The notes below the pieces were generated by a model. It was not told where the DNA came from, did not search any database, and saw only the letters and a list, made by a program, of their open reading frames with translations. A stretch of 57,502 bases of DNA, taken from the NCBI GenBank assembly GCA_043801745.1, contig JAZDLR010000025.1, positions 1 to 57,502 of the forward strand, in the 5' to 3' direction. This stretch comes from Candidatus Komeilibacteria bacterium. GTDB lineage: Bacteria; Patescibacteriota; Patescibacteriia; UBA1558; 2-01-FULL-52-15. Of the stretch, positions 47,631-57,140 are shown one piece after another. The stretch's first letter is position 1; each line of letters opens with the position of its first letter. The translations under genes were made by a program, and so were the position numbers.

Positions 47631-48101
47631 ATGAAACGGTTAAATATTTTTACCAAGAAAGTTTTGTTAGCAGCGGGTTTTGTCGTTGTTGCCTTGCTGT
47701 TCCTATTTTATCAATTTCCTCAATGGTTTGTTTCTTTTGATCAGGAAGAACTTCTGAAGCGGGGGATGCTAATAGTGTCTGATCAACAGCCGGGCGCAAC
47801 AATAACTATTGATTACGCTACTTTACCGTTTGGCGGTTTTATTGTTGTGCGTAATGATTTTAATGGTAATTTAGGAGATGTGATTGGAGTTAGTCAGTAT
47901 CTTGAACCTGGACGCTATAAATCTATCCGTATTCCGGCTCTACTGACCACAGCAACTGGTCAGACCGTAGCAGCCGGGATTGTTAAAGATAACGGTAATC
48001 AACATTTGGATTCTGGCGATCAGTTACTTTTTGATGTTAGAAATAATCCTTTTATCAGAGAATTTATTATCGGTACGCCGCCAGTTACGCCAACAAAATA
48101 A
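47631..48101 (+). CDS. Membrane-anchored hypothetical protein
   Basis: N-terminal TM; V.DQ.PG...GFIVV...G.VIG.S motif. Confidence 0.75.
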   Translation: MKRLNIFTKKVLLAAGFVVVALLFLFYQFPQWFVSFDQEELLKRGMLIVSDQQPGATITIDYATLPFGGFIVVRNDFNGNLGDVIGVSQYLEPGRYKSIRIPALLTTATGQTVAAGIVKDNGNQHLDSGDQLLFDVRNNPFIREFIIGTPPVTPTK

Positions 48102-48171
48102 AATCGAGCTCGTCCAGCTGAGCTGGATGAGCTAGTTTTTACAGCCGTTGTTTCCCAACAACGACTTTTTG

Positions 48172-48558
48172 CTAGTCTATTTTCAGAGTCTCTTTGATCT
48201 TTTCCACTACTTTATCCAGGGTCCAGTCGGTTTTTACTAAATAGAAAGCTGGCTGCTGCTCTATTACCTCAGGCATGATATTGTCATTAGCCGTTAGATT
48301 GGTCAGGAGGATGACCGGAGCAGTTTTACCCCAGGCGTCCTGGCGCAGCTGCTTAAGCATGGTTAGTCCATCCATGACCGGCATAATGATGTCCAGCAGG
48401 ATTAGGTCAGGATGCTCGGCTAAAGCCAGCTCTAGGCCTTTTTGCCCGTTTTCTGCTGCTAAAACCTCGAAACCCTCCAGGCGTAGCTTTTCACCCAGGG
48501 CGTTACGTAGCAGGGTCTCGTCCTCGGTAATAAGTATCTTTTTGGTCTTATTTCTCAT
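48172..48558 (-). CDS. Single-domain response regulator
   Basis: ITEDE, LLDIIMPVMDG, LTN. Confidence 0.92.
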   Translation of the reverse strand: MRNKTKKILITEDETLLRNALGEKLRLEGFEVLAAENGQKGLELALAEHPDLILLDIIMPVMDGLTMLKQLRQDAWGKTAPVILLTNLTANDNIMPEVIEQQPAFYLVKTDWTLDKVVEKIKETLKID

Positions 48559-48667
48559 ATAGCTAATTATAGCAGGGGTTAGCCCTGTTTGACAATTTGT
48601 CCGGGTAATCGTTAAAGGGTATAATTATGTCAGCCTAATAACTTATCTAATTCATTAAATATCATTT

Positions 48668-49396
48668 ATGGCAGTTTTTTCTTCAACTGCAGCGATAAGT
48701 ATCGGCTGGCAGACAGCCAAGAAAAATTTTAAGGTTCTGCTGACCGGAACAATTTTATTAATGTTATGTTCCTATTTGCCCAGCTTGTTAGCGCAGTTGA
48801 CCAAGCAGGGCCGCGCTTTGGAAAGTTATGCCGGAGCCGTTGGTCTTTATTCTTTCCTGGGTTCTTTGGCCTCATTATGGATCTCTGTGGGTTATATTAT
48901 GGTAGCTGATAAGCTACTTCAGGGTCAGACGGTGACAACTGGAAATTTTTTCCCCAATATTCAGGCAGTGGTGCGATATTTCGTCTCTGGCTTGGTGGTC
49001 GGGCTATTCATGGTTTTGCTGGTGGCTGTTATTGGTGGTGTGTTGGCTGCTGGTTTTCTGGTTAAAGGACTAACTGCACCAATTATTATTATTTCGTCGG
49101 TAATAGCCCTAGCGGTTTTTATTTTACTTCTGATTCTGTCTATTCGTTGGTCGCAGGTCACATATGCAGCTATATTAGATCAGGACTGGCCGCTTAAAAC
49201 TTTGAAACAAAGTTGGCATTTAACGCGCGGTAATTTCTGGTCGCTTATCGGGTTCGGGATATTGTCCGGCGTGGTCAATCTGCTCGGTTTGATAGTTTTC
49301 TTTGTTGGTCTGCTGTGGACTATTCCGACTACGCTCATTGCTTCTGTTTATGTTTTTCAACAATTAAAGAAAGGACAATTCAATGAAACAAAATAG
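48668..49396 (+). CDS. Integral membrane protein (DUF975/YciC-like)
   Basis: Multiple TMs; LKQSWHLTRGN, GLLWTIP. Confidence 0.7.
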   Translation: MAVFSSTAAISIGWQTAKKNFKVLLTGTILLMLCSYLPSLLAQLTKQGRALESYAGAVGLYSFLGSLASLWISVGYIMVADKLLQGQTVTTGNFFPNIQAVVRYFVSGLVVGLFMVLLVAVIGGVLAAGFLVKGLTAPIIIISSVIALAVFILLLILSIRWSQVTYAAILDQDWPLKTLKQSWHLTRGNFWSLIGFGILSGVVNLLGLIVFFVGLLWTIPTTLIASVYVFQQLKKGQFNETK

Positions 49397-49700
49397 ACCG
49401 TCAATAAGAGGTTTTTTACAAGCACTCGGACTAACTGTTTATGTTGCTTTGTTTGCTTCTATTATTAATCTACTGGAAGCATCTAAATGGCAGCCCAAAT
49501 TTGCCCCGGGATTTAGTATTATGTTTTTTTTGTTGGCGTTTATTTTTTCCGCCGTTGTTTGCGGAGCTTTGATGTTGGGTTATCCGATCACTCTATTTTC
49601 CGCCGGTAAACGCCGCGAAGCTTTTATAGTCATTGCCTGGAGTGCTGGCTGGTTGGTAGTTATGGGTGCGATTTTGCTGCTGTTACTGCTCTTAATATAA
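49383..49700 (+). CDS. 3-TM hypothetical protein
   Basis: Hydrophobic ORF overlapping the upstream stop. Confidence 0.75.
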   Translation: MKQNRPSIRGFLQALGLTVYVALFASIINLLEASKWQPKFAPGFSIMFFLLAFIFSAVVCGALMLGYPITLFSAGKRREAFIVIAWSAGWLVVMGAILLLLLLLI

Positions 49701-49726
49701 AAATTAATAATTAAAACCAAAATATT

Positions 49727-49954
49727 ATGTCATATACCATGTATATGATGACGTCGTATTTTACAATGCAGCCATGGTTGATAGTATTATTTGTCCTTTG
49801 GACTATTCCTTGGAAAGGAGTGGCTCTGTGGAAGGCGGCCCGTAAGAATGATGTGGCCTGGTTTGTGGTTCTGTTAATAGTTAATACTGTCGGCATTTTG
49901 GAGATCTTGTATATCTATCTTTTTTCCCGCTGGACCAGTAAAAAGCGAAAATAA
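49727..49954 (+). CDS. DUF5652-like small membrane protein
   Basis: WKGVALWKAAR...WFVVLLIVNTVGILEILY. Confidence 0.8.
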   Translation: MSYTMYMMTSYFTMQPWLIVLFVLWTIPWKGVALWKAARKNDVAWFVVLLIVNTVGILEILYIYLFSRWTSKKRK

Positions 49955-50000
49955 TTATAAAATTTAAAAAAACGCGCTTCTAATCCATCAGTGCGTTTTT

Positions 50001-50924
50001 TTATTTTGCCACCTGACGTTGTAAGTATAATTTTGATTTATAGAAAAAGAAGCCAATGATAAGGAAAGTAATGAGCGGTGAAAACCAGGAGGGGATTTCT
50101 GCGCCAAAACTATCCAGCAACATAATGATTCCCAGCACCAAGATGGAATACATGGCGCCATTTTTTAAATAAATATACTGTTGTACCCGCTTAATATTGC
50201 CCATGGTCATTTGCCGGACTACCAGAGCTCCCAGACCATTGCCCAGCATTATCAATGGTACTGACAGGGTAAAAGCAAAAGCGCCCAAAACCCCGTCAAT
50301 AGAAAAGGTGGCGTCAATAATTTCCAGGTATAAGATTTTACTAATATCGGATAATGAGCCTTTCTTGAGAGTTCGTTCTTTTTCTTCGGCGTTTTGCTTA
50401 AAGCCGTGTGTAATGAAAAAGGCCGTGGAACCAACTACCGCTCCCAGAGCCATAAAGGGGTTAATTTGTATGGCCTGCCAGACAATGACTACCAATAATA
50501 TTGAAATTACAGCGTAGAACCAGACGCCCTTAGAATGAATATAGCGTTCACCAATTAGACCGTAGCTTTTGGGTTCGCAGAATAACCAGTTGAAGAAAAG
50601 AAAAATAAGGAAAGTGCCGCCGCCGATCAGCAGCATGGGTGCTGAGGAAGCAATAGCTGCGTGTACACTGGGGTTATTGCTAAAAGTTGCCGTCAAAGCC
50701 CCGATGGGACCGAGCGAAGGAGTAACGGCCCAGACAATGATCCAGGGCAACAAGCCCCGGACGCAAACCACGGCAATAAGTAGGCCCCAGACCATAAACC
50801 AGCGCCGGTATTTGGGTTTCATGGTGGTCAAAACCCCGGCGTTAATAATGGCGTTATCTACCGAGCTGACTATTTCAAATAAGCCTAAGCCGGCTACGGT
50901 GATCAAAAGAGAAATCAAATTCAT
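50001..50924 (-). CDS. DUF475 (TerC-like) membrane protein
   Basis: SSVDNAIINA, YLEIIDATFSIDGV. Confidence 0.85.
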   Translation of the reverse strand: MNLISLLITVAGLGLFEIVSSVDNAIINAGVLTTMKPKYRRWFMVWGLLIAVVCVRGLLPWIIVWAVTPSLGPIGALTATFSNNPSVHAAIASSAPMLLIGGGTFLIFLFFNWLFCEPKSYGLIGERYIHSKGVWFYAVISILLVVIVWQAIQINPFMALGAVVGSTAFFITHGFKQNAEEKERTLKKGSLSDISKILYLEIIDATFSIDGVLGAFAFTLSVPLIMLGNGLGALVVRQMTMGNIKRVQQYIYLKNGAMYSILVLGIIMLLDSFGAEIPSWFSPLITFLIIGFFFYKSKLYLQRQVAK

Positions 50925-51003
50925 ATTGGACGCAATAATTATAGCATAACTTATTTAGTAGGTGTATTGCCAACTTAGACTGAAGTGATAAACTGTAGAC
51001 ATT

Positions 51004-51756
51004 ATGTCTCAATATTATAATCCTAATCGCACCAGCAATTTGTTTGATCCGGCGGCCCAGCGCCCCTTCCGTTTGTCACGCAGTAAGATCGATCTTTTCT
51101 TAAATTGTCCGCGCTGCTTCTATCTGGACCGCCGCTTAGGCATTGGTCAACCGCCGGGCTATCCTTTTGCCCTGAATTCGGCCGTGGACACTTTACTGAA
51201 GAAAGAATTTGATATTCACCGGGCTAAGGCGACTAAACATCCTTTGATGAAGCATTATAAGATTGACGCTGTACCCCTGGCTCATCAGATGATTGATGAG
51301 TGGCGGGACGCCCTACGCGGCGGCATTACTTATTTGCATCCGGCCACTAACTTATTAATTACCGGCGGAGTTGATGATATCTGGATTAATAAAAAAGACG
51401 AGCTGATTATTGTTGATTACAAAGCTACCAGTAAAGACGCCGAAGTGACTCTGGACGCGGATTGGCAGATTGGCTACAAGCGGCAGATGGAGATTTATCA
51501 GTGGTTATTCCGCCGCAATAGCTTCCAAGTTTCCACCACTGGTTATTTCGTTTACTGTAACGGTAAGACTGACCGGGAAGCTTTTGACGCTAAACTGGAG
51601 TTTGACATTAAAATAATTCCCTATAAGGGCGATGATGCTTGGGTCGAGGAGGCAGTTGTGGCGGCCCACAAGTGTCTTATGAGTGATAAGCTGCCGCCCA
51701 GTGGTTTGGATTGCGATTATTGTAAATACCGTCAGGCTACCCGTGAGGTTGAATAA
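51004..51756 (+). CDS. PD-(D/E)XK nuclease family protein (RecB/Cas4-like)
   Basis: GGVDD...IVDYK...QMEIY; CPRC and CDYC. Confidence 0.88.
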   Translation: MSQYYNPNRTSNLFDPAAQRPFRLSRSKIDLFLNCPRCFYLDRRLGIGQPPGYPFALNSAVDTLLKKEFDIHRAKATKHPLMKHYKIDAVPLAHQMIDEWRDALRGGITYLHPATNLLITGGVDDIWINKKDELIIVDYKATSKDAEVTLDADWQIGYKRQMEIYQWLFRRNSFQVSTTGYFVYCNGKTDREAFDAKLEFDIKIIPYKGDDAWVEEAVVAAHKCLMSDKLPPSGLDCDYCKYRQATREVE

Positions 51757-51804
51757 CCAAAAACCCCTGAGCAACTAAGCTTAGGGGTTTTATAGTAATA
51801 TCGT

Positions 51805-52338
51805 CTATAAGTCTGAATTTAGAGGTATTGATCCGGTATCAGAAGTGGAGACACCGCCTTTGGGTGCGCATTTTTTCACGTCGATGGCGAATTGTTTATT
51901 GGCCGCCTGCTTGCTGGCTCGCAGGGTCTTGCGGGCATCGTTTAAACTCTTATTATAAGTATTATTGGCTAATCGGGTGGCAGCGCGCAGTTTGGTTCGA
52001 TCGCCTGCCCAGGCAGCCTTGAGACTGTCGGTACGTGTTTGGAAAGCTGCTAAGCCGGCAGTTTGATAGGTAATAATGCTGGCTTTGACAGCGCTGTCAC
52101 GGGTGTCGATAGCAGTTACGACACAAATAGCGTCAATGGGACGGGCTTCTTTGATCGGTGGCGTAATAACCGGTTGGGTATGTATGGGTCCTGGCCGCAG
52201 CGAGTTATCAGTAGTTGTAGCGGTTTGGGCATAAGCAGCTGCTCCTAGCGCGATTGATAATATTAACGTCAGGACAATGGCTGAACTGTGATTGGTTTTG
52301 TCTTGAGGACTGACTGCCATTTTTTTTGTTTTTGGCAT
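51805..52338 (-). CDS. Secreted helical hypothetical protein
   Basis: Signal-like segment; Cys pair flanking a helical domain. Confidence 0.75.
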   Translation of the reverse strand: MPKTKKMAVSPQDKTNHSSAIVLTLILSIALGAAAYAQTATTTDNSLRPGPIHTQPVITPPIKEARPIDAICVVTAIDTRDSAVKASIITYQTAGLAAFQTRTDSLKAAWAGDRTKLRAATRLANNTYNKSLNDARKTLRASKQAANKQFAIDVKKCAPKGGVSTSDTGSIPLNSDL

Positions 52339-52347
52339 TTTTATTAA

Positions 52348-52824
52348 TTATTTTTGTAAAGTAATTTGAGCAACATTATTTTGACTGCCGCAGTTGACAA
52401 TGACCGTATGGGGCAACGTCTTGCTACTTAAGTAAATAAGCCGATAGGTATAGGCGCTAGTAGGATAGGCGACGCCGTCGACATTTAAGACTGTGGGTTT
52501 GGATTCACGGTTATCAAACATAATCTGACTGCCATTTTTTATAGTCATACTGGAGGGCGTAGCCTGGCAGGTTTCATTGAACTGGATACGGCGTCCGGCG
52601 TATTTAGTCATCATCTCCTGATAACTGGTGGTAATGGTATGCGCCGGGTTAGCCGGTTTAACCGCCGGTATATTGGTGTCTGTTTTAGTGGTGTCAGTAG
52701 TGCTGGTAGCATTTTGATCGTTGGGTGCGGTAGGAGCAATTGATTGTTTAGAGTTAAGGAAAACTATGACTCCCACAATAACTACTATTAGTATTACCCA
52801 AAAAATTTTATTACCCCTGCTCAT
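52348..52824 (-). CDS. Membrane-anchored hypothetical protein
   Basis: N-terminal TM, Thr-rich linker, RRIQF..CQATP. Confidence 0.75.
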   Translation of the reverse strand: MSRGNKIFWVILIVVIVGVIVFLNSKQSIAPTAPNDQNATSTTDTTKTDTNIPAVKPANPAHTITTSYQEMMTKYAGRRIQFNETCQATPSSMTIKNGSQIMFDNRESKPTVLNVDGVAYPTSAYTYRLIYLSSKTLPHTVIVNCGSQNNVAQITLQK

Positions 52825-52933
52825 AGGCTTGAAGTTAATAATAATACTGTAATTATACACTATTGGGGGAGTAAATGACCACCCCTGCTGTTAAGTTAGG
52901 CTAGGCCTGGTTTTACCGCTAATATCAGTTATA

Positions 52934-53473
52934 ATGCATTATATGCATCGACACTTCAGCGGTTTCGCTATTTTTATTGTTATTGCCTTATTTTGGGCTG
53001 TGGCTATCCAAGCCGAGACTGTGATTGAGGGCCAAGTTGTGCGTGATCAATTTGCTGTTCAAACAGCATCTTCTGGTCAGGCCGAGATTGGCCTGCCAAT
53101 AGTGCCGGAAAAAGAAGCGGATGTCGTTGAGTTTGCCCGGTTTTTAGCTATTGCTGACCAACAGTTGGAGCGGATTAATTTAGATCAGAAAATTAGCCTG
53201 ACTCATAAAGAGTCGGCTAAGTTATTGGGTCTTCTGCCTATTACCTATACTTTGACCTTGACGGCCGATCCAACTGATTTATCGCTTCAAGTTAGGACTC
53301 CTTGGTGGCTCTGGTTAACCGCTAATCAGGCAGCCGCCATCCGCGCCGGTAGTGAGCAAGCTCTGGGAGTGATAAGAGACGGTCATTTAAGTAATACTAC
53401 CTTAAGTGAGGAATTGATGCTGCGTCAGAAGATATTGTTAGCTCTATTAATGCCTTGGCGTAATAAATTTTAA
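52934..53473 (+). CDS. Secreted hypothetical protein
   Basis: Signal peptide; KLLGLLPI, TPWWLW. Confidence 0.7.
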   Translation: MHYMHRHFSGFAIFIVIALFWAVAIQAETVIEGQVVRDQFAVQTASSGQAEIGLPIVPEKEADVVEFARFLAIADQQLERINLDQKISLTHKESAKLLGLLPITYTLTLTADPTDLSLQVRTPWWLWLTANQAAAIRAGSEQALGVIRDGHLSNTTLSEELMLRQKILLALLMPWRNKF

Positions 53474-54054
53474 TGCCGCCGATTAATGCCCCGATTGAAC
53501 GTTTGTCCGAAGGATCGCGCTACCGCACCTGGTTCGTTTTTCTATTGTTGATAGTGGTCATTGGTTTAGTAGTAATTTATTTTATTTGGTTTGGCTGGGG
53601 TGGGCAGAAACAACAAACCAGGGATCAAAATGTTGTTCCAACAATGACAATTTTTGCTTATGTGCGCGAAGTTCAGCCTAATGATCAGGGGGCTTATATC
53701 GCGGTAGACCCGGCCGAGTGGTTTACGGGACAAGAGGCGGTGGAAGCGGCTCAAGCTGATAATAAATGTCCGGGACAATCAACCTCAACTCCTTGCTCCT
53801 TGACCAACGGCTATTATATCCGTAATAGCGAGACAACTACGCAACCCTTGGTGGTGTCGTCTGTTGCCATGGCAGAAATGCAGACATTAAGCACCGGTTC
53901 GGACGGCAATAATCTCTGGGATCAGCCAATTACCTTGAATCAATGGCTGAATTTGTTCGCCAGCTCAACTAAGCGCGATTGGAAACAAACGCCATTTATT
54001 TTTTCCCTGATTAGGGGTAAAGTTACTGCTATCAGGGAGCAATATATTCCTTAA
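53473..54054 (+). CDS. Membrane-anchored hypothetical protein
   Basis: TM helix; NGYYIRN, IREQYIP. Confidence 0.75.
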   Translation: MPPINAPIERLSEGSRYRTWFVFLLLIVVIGLVVIYFIWFGWGGQKQQTRDQNVVPTMTIFAYVREVQPNDQGAYIAVDPAEWFTGQEAVEAAQADNKCPGQSTSTPCSLTNGYYIRNSETTTQPLVVSSVAMAEMQTLSTGSDGNNLWDQPITLNQWLNLFASSTKRDWKQTPFIFSLIRGKVTAIREQYIP

Positions 54055-54056
54055 TT

Positions 54057-54515
54057 ATGACATCTAAATTAATTGTTTTAGCTATCTGTCTAGTGGCGGT
54101 CGTGGCCGCAGTACTGATTGTGCTGCAATTGCCGCAAATCCGCTCCAGTTTCCGGACCTTGGAGCCGGGCGGCATAAGCAACTTTGAAGAGTGTAAGAAG
54201 GCTGGTTACCCTATTATGGAGACATATCCGGAACAGTGCCGTATTCCGGGGGGTCAGACTTTTGTCGCTGATATCAATATCAATACCGGTGAGCAGGGCT
54301 GTCAGAGTGATTTAAGTTGTCCGGTAGGGCAATCGTGTAATCAGGGAGTTTGTGAGACACGTGTACCCATCACACCAAAGCCCCTACCAATTGAACCGTC
54401 TTTGTGCCGGAATTTGTGTGGCGATAATATTTGTCAGGAAGTAGTCTGTCTGGGAGGAAATTGTCCTTGCGCGGAAACTGCGGCCCTATGTCCACAGGAT
54501 TGTGCCACAAAATAA
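54057..54515 (+). CDS. Cys-rich surface protein
   Basis: SNFEECKKAGYPIMETYPEQC and CGDNICQEVVC...CPQDC modules. Confidence 0.8.
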   Translation: MTSKLIVLAICLVAVVAAVLIVLQLPQIRSSFRTLEPGGISNFEECKKAGYPIMETYPEQCRIPGGQTFVADININTGEQGCQSDLSCPVGQSCNQGVCETRVPITPKPLPIEPSLCRNLCGDNICQEVVCLGGNCPCAETAALCPQDCATK

Positions 54516-54530
54516 TTTAGCCAAAATTTT

Positions 54531-55136
54531 ATGATCTACGAATTACCAAAACTGAAATTTAGTTATGAGGCTTTAGAGCCGTTTATTGACGCTCAAACCA
54601 TGGAAATTCACCATAGTAAACATCATCAGACTTATGTGAATAAGTTGAATGAAGCTTTAGCGAAACATCCGGAGCTGTCGGATAAAACTCTAGAATCAAT
54701 GCTGCGGGATTTAACTATTGTGCCTGAGGATATCCGAACAGCAGTGAAAAATCACGGCGGCGGGCATTGGAATCATTCGTTTTTTTGGCAGGTTATTGGC
54801 CCCAAGTCCCAAGCCCCAAGTTCCGGGGATTTTTATTCGGCCATTGATAGAGATTTTGGCAGTTTAGATAAGTTTAAGGAGCAGTTTACTGCGGCCGCGA
54901 CAGCGCAATTTGGTAGCGGTTGGACGTGGCTAGTGTCAGATTCAAGCGGTAAGTTGTCAGTTGTCAGTTTACCCAATCAAGATAGTCCTTTGGCTCAAGG
55001 ATTAAAACCGCTATTAGTGATAGATATTTGGGAACATGCTTATTATTTGAAGTATCAGAACCGGCGGGCGGAGTATATTTCCGCGTGGTGGAATGTCGTG
55101 GATTGGGTAAAGGTTCAGGAGAATTTTAAAAAATAG
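54531..55136 (+). CDS. sodA: Fe/Mn superoxide dismutase
   Basis: HHSKHH, GGHWNHS, DIWEHAYY; GGG pattern suggests Mn type. Confidence 0.95.
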   Translation: MIYELPKLKFSYEALEPFIDAQTMEIHHSKHHQTYVNKLNEALAKHPELSDKTLESMLRDLTIVPEDIRTAVKNHGGGHWNHSFFWQVIGPKSQAPSSGDFYSAIDRDFGSLDKFKEQFTAAATAQFGSGWTWLVSDSSGKLSVVSLPNQDSPLAQGLKPLLVIDIWEHAYYLKYQNRRAEYISAWWNVVDWVKVQENFKK

Positions 55137-55141
55137 TTATT

Positions 55142-55176
55142 ACCACCCCTTAATCCCCTCCTTGGAAAGGAGGGGA
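55142..55176. repeat. Single REP-like hairpin
   Basis: ACCACCCC..TCCCCTCCTT-GGA-AAGGAGGGGA, related to the composite repeats. Confidence 0.6.
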
Positions 55177-55192
55177 GAACCCATTGAAAAAT

Positions 55193-55306
55193 ATGCGCAA
55201 TTATTCGAGAACACGCGGCAATAGTAAGAGAACCAGTTACCGCACGCCGGCCACTTGGCGGGCGCGGCAAGCAATTAAAATTTCCCGCCGCAAGGTCGGA
55301 CGCTAA
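55193..55306 (+). CDS. 37-aa Arg/Lys-rich peptide (not in the ORF track)
   Basis: MRNYSRTRGNSKRTSYRTPATWRARQAIKISRRKVGR; host-like AAATATG start context. Confidence 0.5.
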   Translation: MRNYSRTRGNSKRTSYRTPATWRARQAIKISRRKVGR

Positions 55307-55381
55307 TTTTTAATCAAAGTAAACTTCGCGAGGTGAAGCGAGGGCGCTGGCTTGGCTGGTAGTTAATTCATCAATAATTAT

Positions 55382-55786
55382 ATGAACACAGAAAATTGGT
55401 ATTCACAACTGATCAAGCCGTCATGGGCTCCGCCCAACTGGCTTTTCGGTCCGGTCTGGACGGCGCTATACGCGATTATTGCAATTTCTTTCGGCACCGT
55501 GTTTTATAAAACCTTTACGGGTAAAATTCCGTGGATTGTCGCCTTGCCTTTTGCGCTTAATCTTGTTTTTAATTTTGCTTTCACCCCTGTGCAATTTGGG
55601 CTAAAAAATAATCTCCTGGCCGCGCTGGATATTTTGCTTGTGTTCAGCACACTTATTTGGGCACTCATTGCTTTGTGGCACGCTTCGTCGGACTTGCGCT
55701 GGGTTGTTTATGCTAATATTCCGTATTTGCTCTGGGTGTCGATTGCGACAGTTTTACAGTTAACCATTACTTATTTAAACAGCTAG
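55382..55786 (+). CDS. tspO: TspO/MBR tryptophan-rich sensory protein
   Basis: WY..L.KPSWAPP.WLFGPVWT.LY, PYLLWV. Confidence 0.92.
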   Translation: MNTENWYSQLIKPSWAPPNWLFGPVWTALYAIIAISFGTVFYKTFTGKIPWIVALPFALNLVFNFAFTPVQFGLKNNLLAALDILLVFSTLIWALIALWHASSDLRWVVYANIPYLLWVSIATVLQLTITYLNS

Positions 55787-55808
55787 ACGCGCCCATTTTG
55801 GGTAAAAA

Positions 55809-56402
55809 ATGAAAAAAATTAACAAAGCATTAATATTTCTGGGGGGATTTATCGCCCTTATTCCTTTTTCCGTTTCCGCCCATCAGCCGAGGATTGTTGG
55901 CAGTAATTTGGTGGAAATTTCTAATCCGGAAGTTTCGCAGGCATTTTATGGCGAGCTTAAGGGTGCACCGGCTCAATTTCGGATTTCCTCCAGTCAGGAT
56001 TTTAAGCTGTATATCGGTTTATTAGTACCCGCTATTCCTAATATTAAGAAAGATATTTCCGCGGAAGTTTATCGCGTAGAGGACGGAAAAAATGTGCCGG
56101 TGGCTGTTTTGGATGGAAGTAATTTTAACTGGACGTTTTTTTATGAAGAATTTGGTCAGGATAATTATTTTTGGGGTCCGGAATATGCCGCAGCTGATTC
56201 AGCCAGGGGAAGAGAACTTAAGGGTCAACCGGTTCCGGCCGGGGACTATCGCATTAAAGTTTCTAATCCGGAAAATTCCGGCAAATACGTTTTAGTTACG
56301 GGATTTTTGGAAACTTTCCCTTTGTCTGAAATATTACACGCGTCTATTATTATGCCGCGCCTGAAAGCGCAATTTTTTGCTTATTCACTGCCGGCGCTGT
56401 AA
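55809..56402 (+). CDS. Secreted hypothetical protein (possibly C-terminally truncated)
   Basis: Signal peptide, AHQPR, EVSQAFYGEL. Confidence 0.75.
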   Translation: MKKINKALIFLGGFIALIPFSVSAHQPRIVGSNLVEISNPEVSQAFYGELKGAPAQFRISSSQDFKLYIGLLVPAIPNIKKDISAEVYRVEDGKNVPVAVLDGSNFNWTFFYEEFGQDNYFWGPEYAAADSARGRELKGQPVPAGDYRIKVSNPENSGKYVLVTGFLETFPLSEILHASIIMPRLKAQFFAYSLPAL

Positions 56403-56847
56403 CGGCCACTGACAATCAGGCTCCGCTTATCCGATTCTGGGTGAGCGGAGCTTTTCGTATTTTTTTGCCCTCGCCGGGCGGGCCCTACTTTTGTAACCAA
56501 AAGTAGGCAAAAGTTTTGGGGTCGCGTAAGTCGCGTGGGTCTTTTCAGCTTTCTTTTCTCTTGCCTTGGCTATCAGTACGCGACCCCAAACCCCTTAAAT
56601 AGTAGAGCGGGCCAGCGCTAAACTGATAGATATTTATTATATTAGCTTTTGGATCAGCTGCAGAAGGGAATTTCGTTTTTATCTGAGAACAATCATTTAT
56701 TGACTTTTTTGACTGTTTGTGTTAAGGTGGATTTATGACAGAAAAAATGTCAAAATTACAGCTGAATAATAACCCGTTTTGATGGGCGGGTTTTTTATTT
56801 TAGATTAAATAGAACAACCCGCTCAAGGCGGGATTTTTGTTTATCTT

Positions 56848-56922
56848 TGCTGGGTAGTTCAACGGTAGAACGCTGCACTGTTAATGCAGATGTTACAGGT
56901 TCGAGTCCTGTCCCAGCAGCCA
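56848..56922 (+). tRNA. tRNA-Asn(GTT)
   Basis: TGCTGGG/CCCAGCA acceptor stem, CTGCA-CT GTT AA-TGCAG anticodon arm, encoded CCA. Confidence 0.96.
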
Positions 56923-57140
56923 AATCATTCTGTTCCCCGCCCACAATAATTGAATCAAATGAGGGCGGGTCTTCACCACAGGCGGACAGGCGCCTCTGGC
57001 GGAGATTCCCCGCCTACACCCTTCGCTGCCGCTTGGGTTTCGGCGGGCAGGCAGGTCTCGGAGCCAACAAAAGAACAGCTTTGATTAGCTGTTCTTTTGT
57101 CTGACCACAAGTGAGAATCCAACTATGATATACTTAGGCT

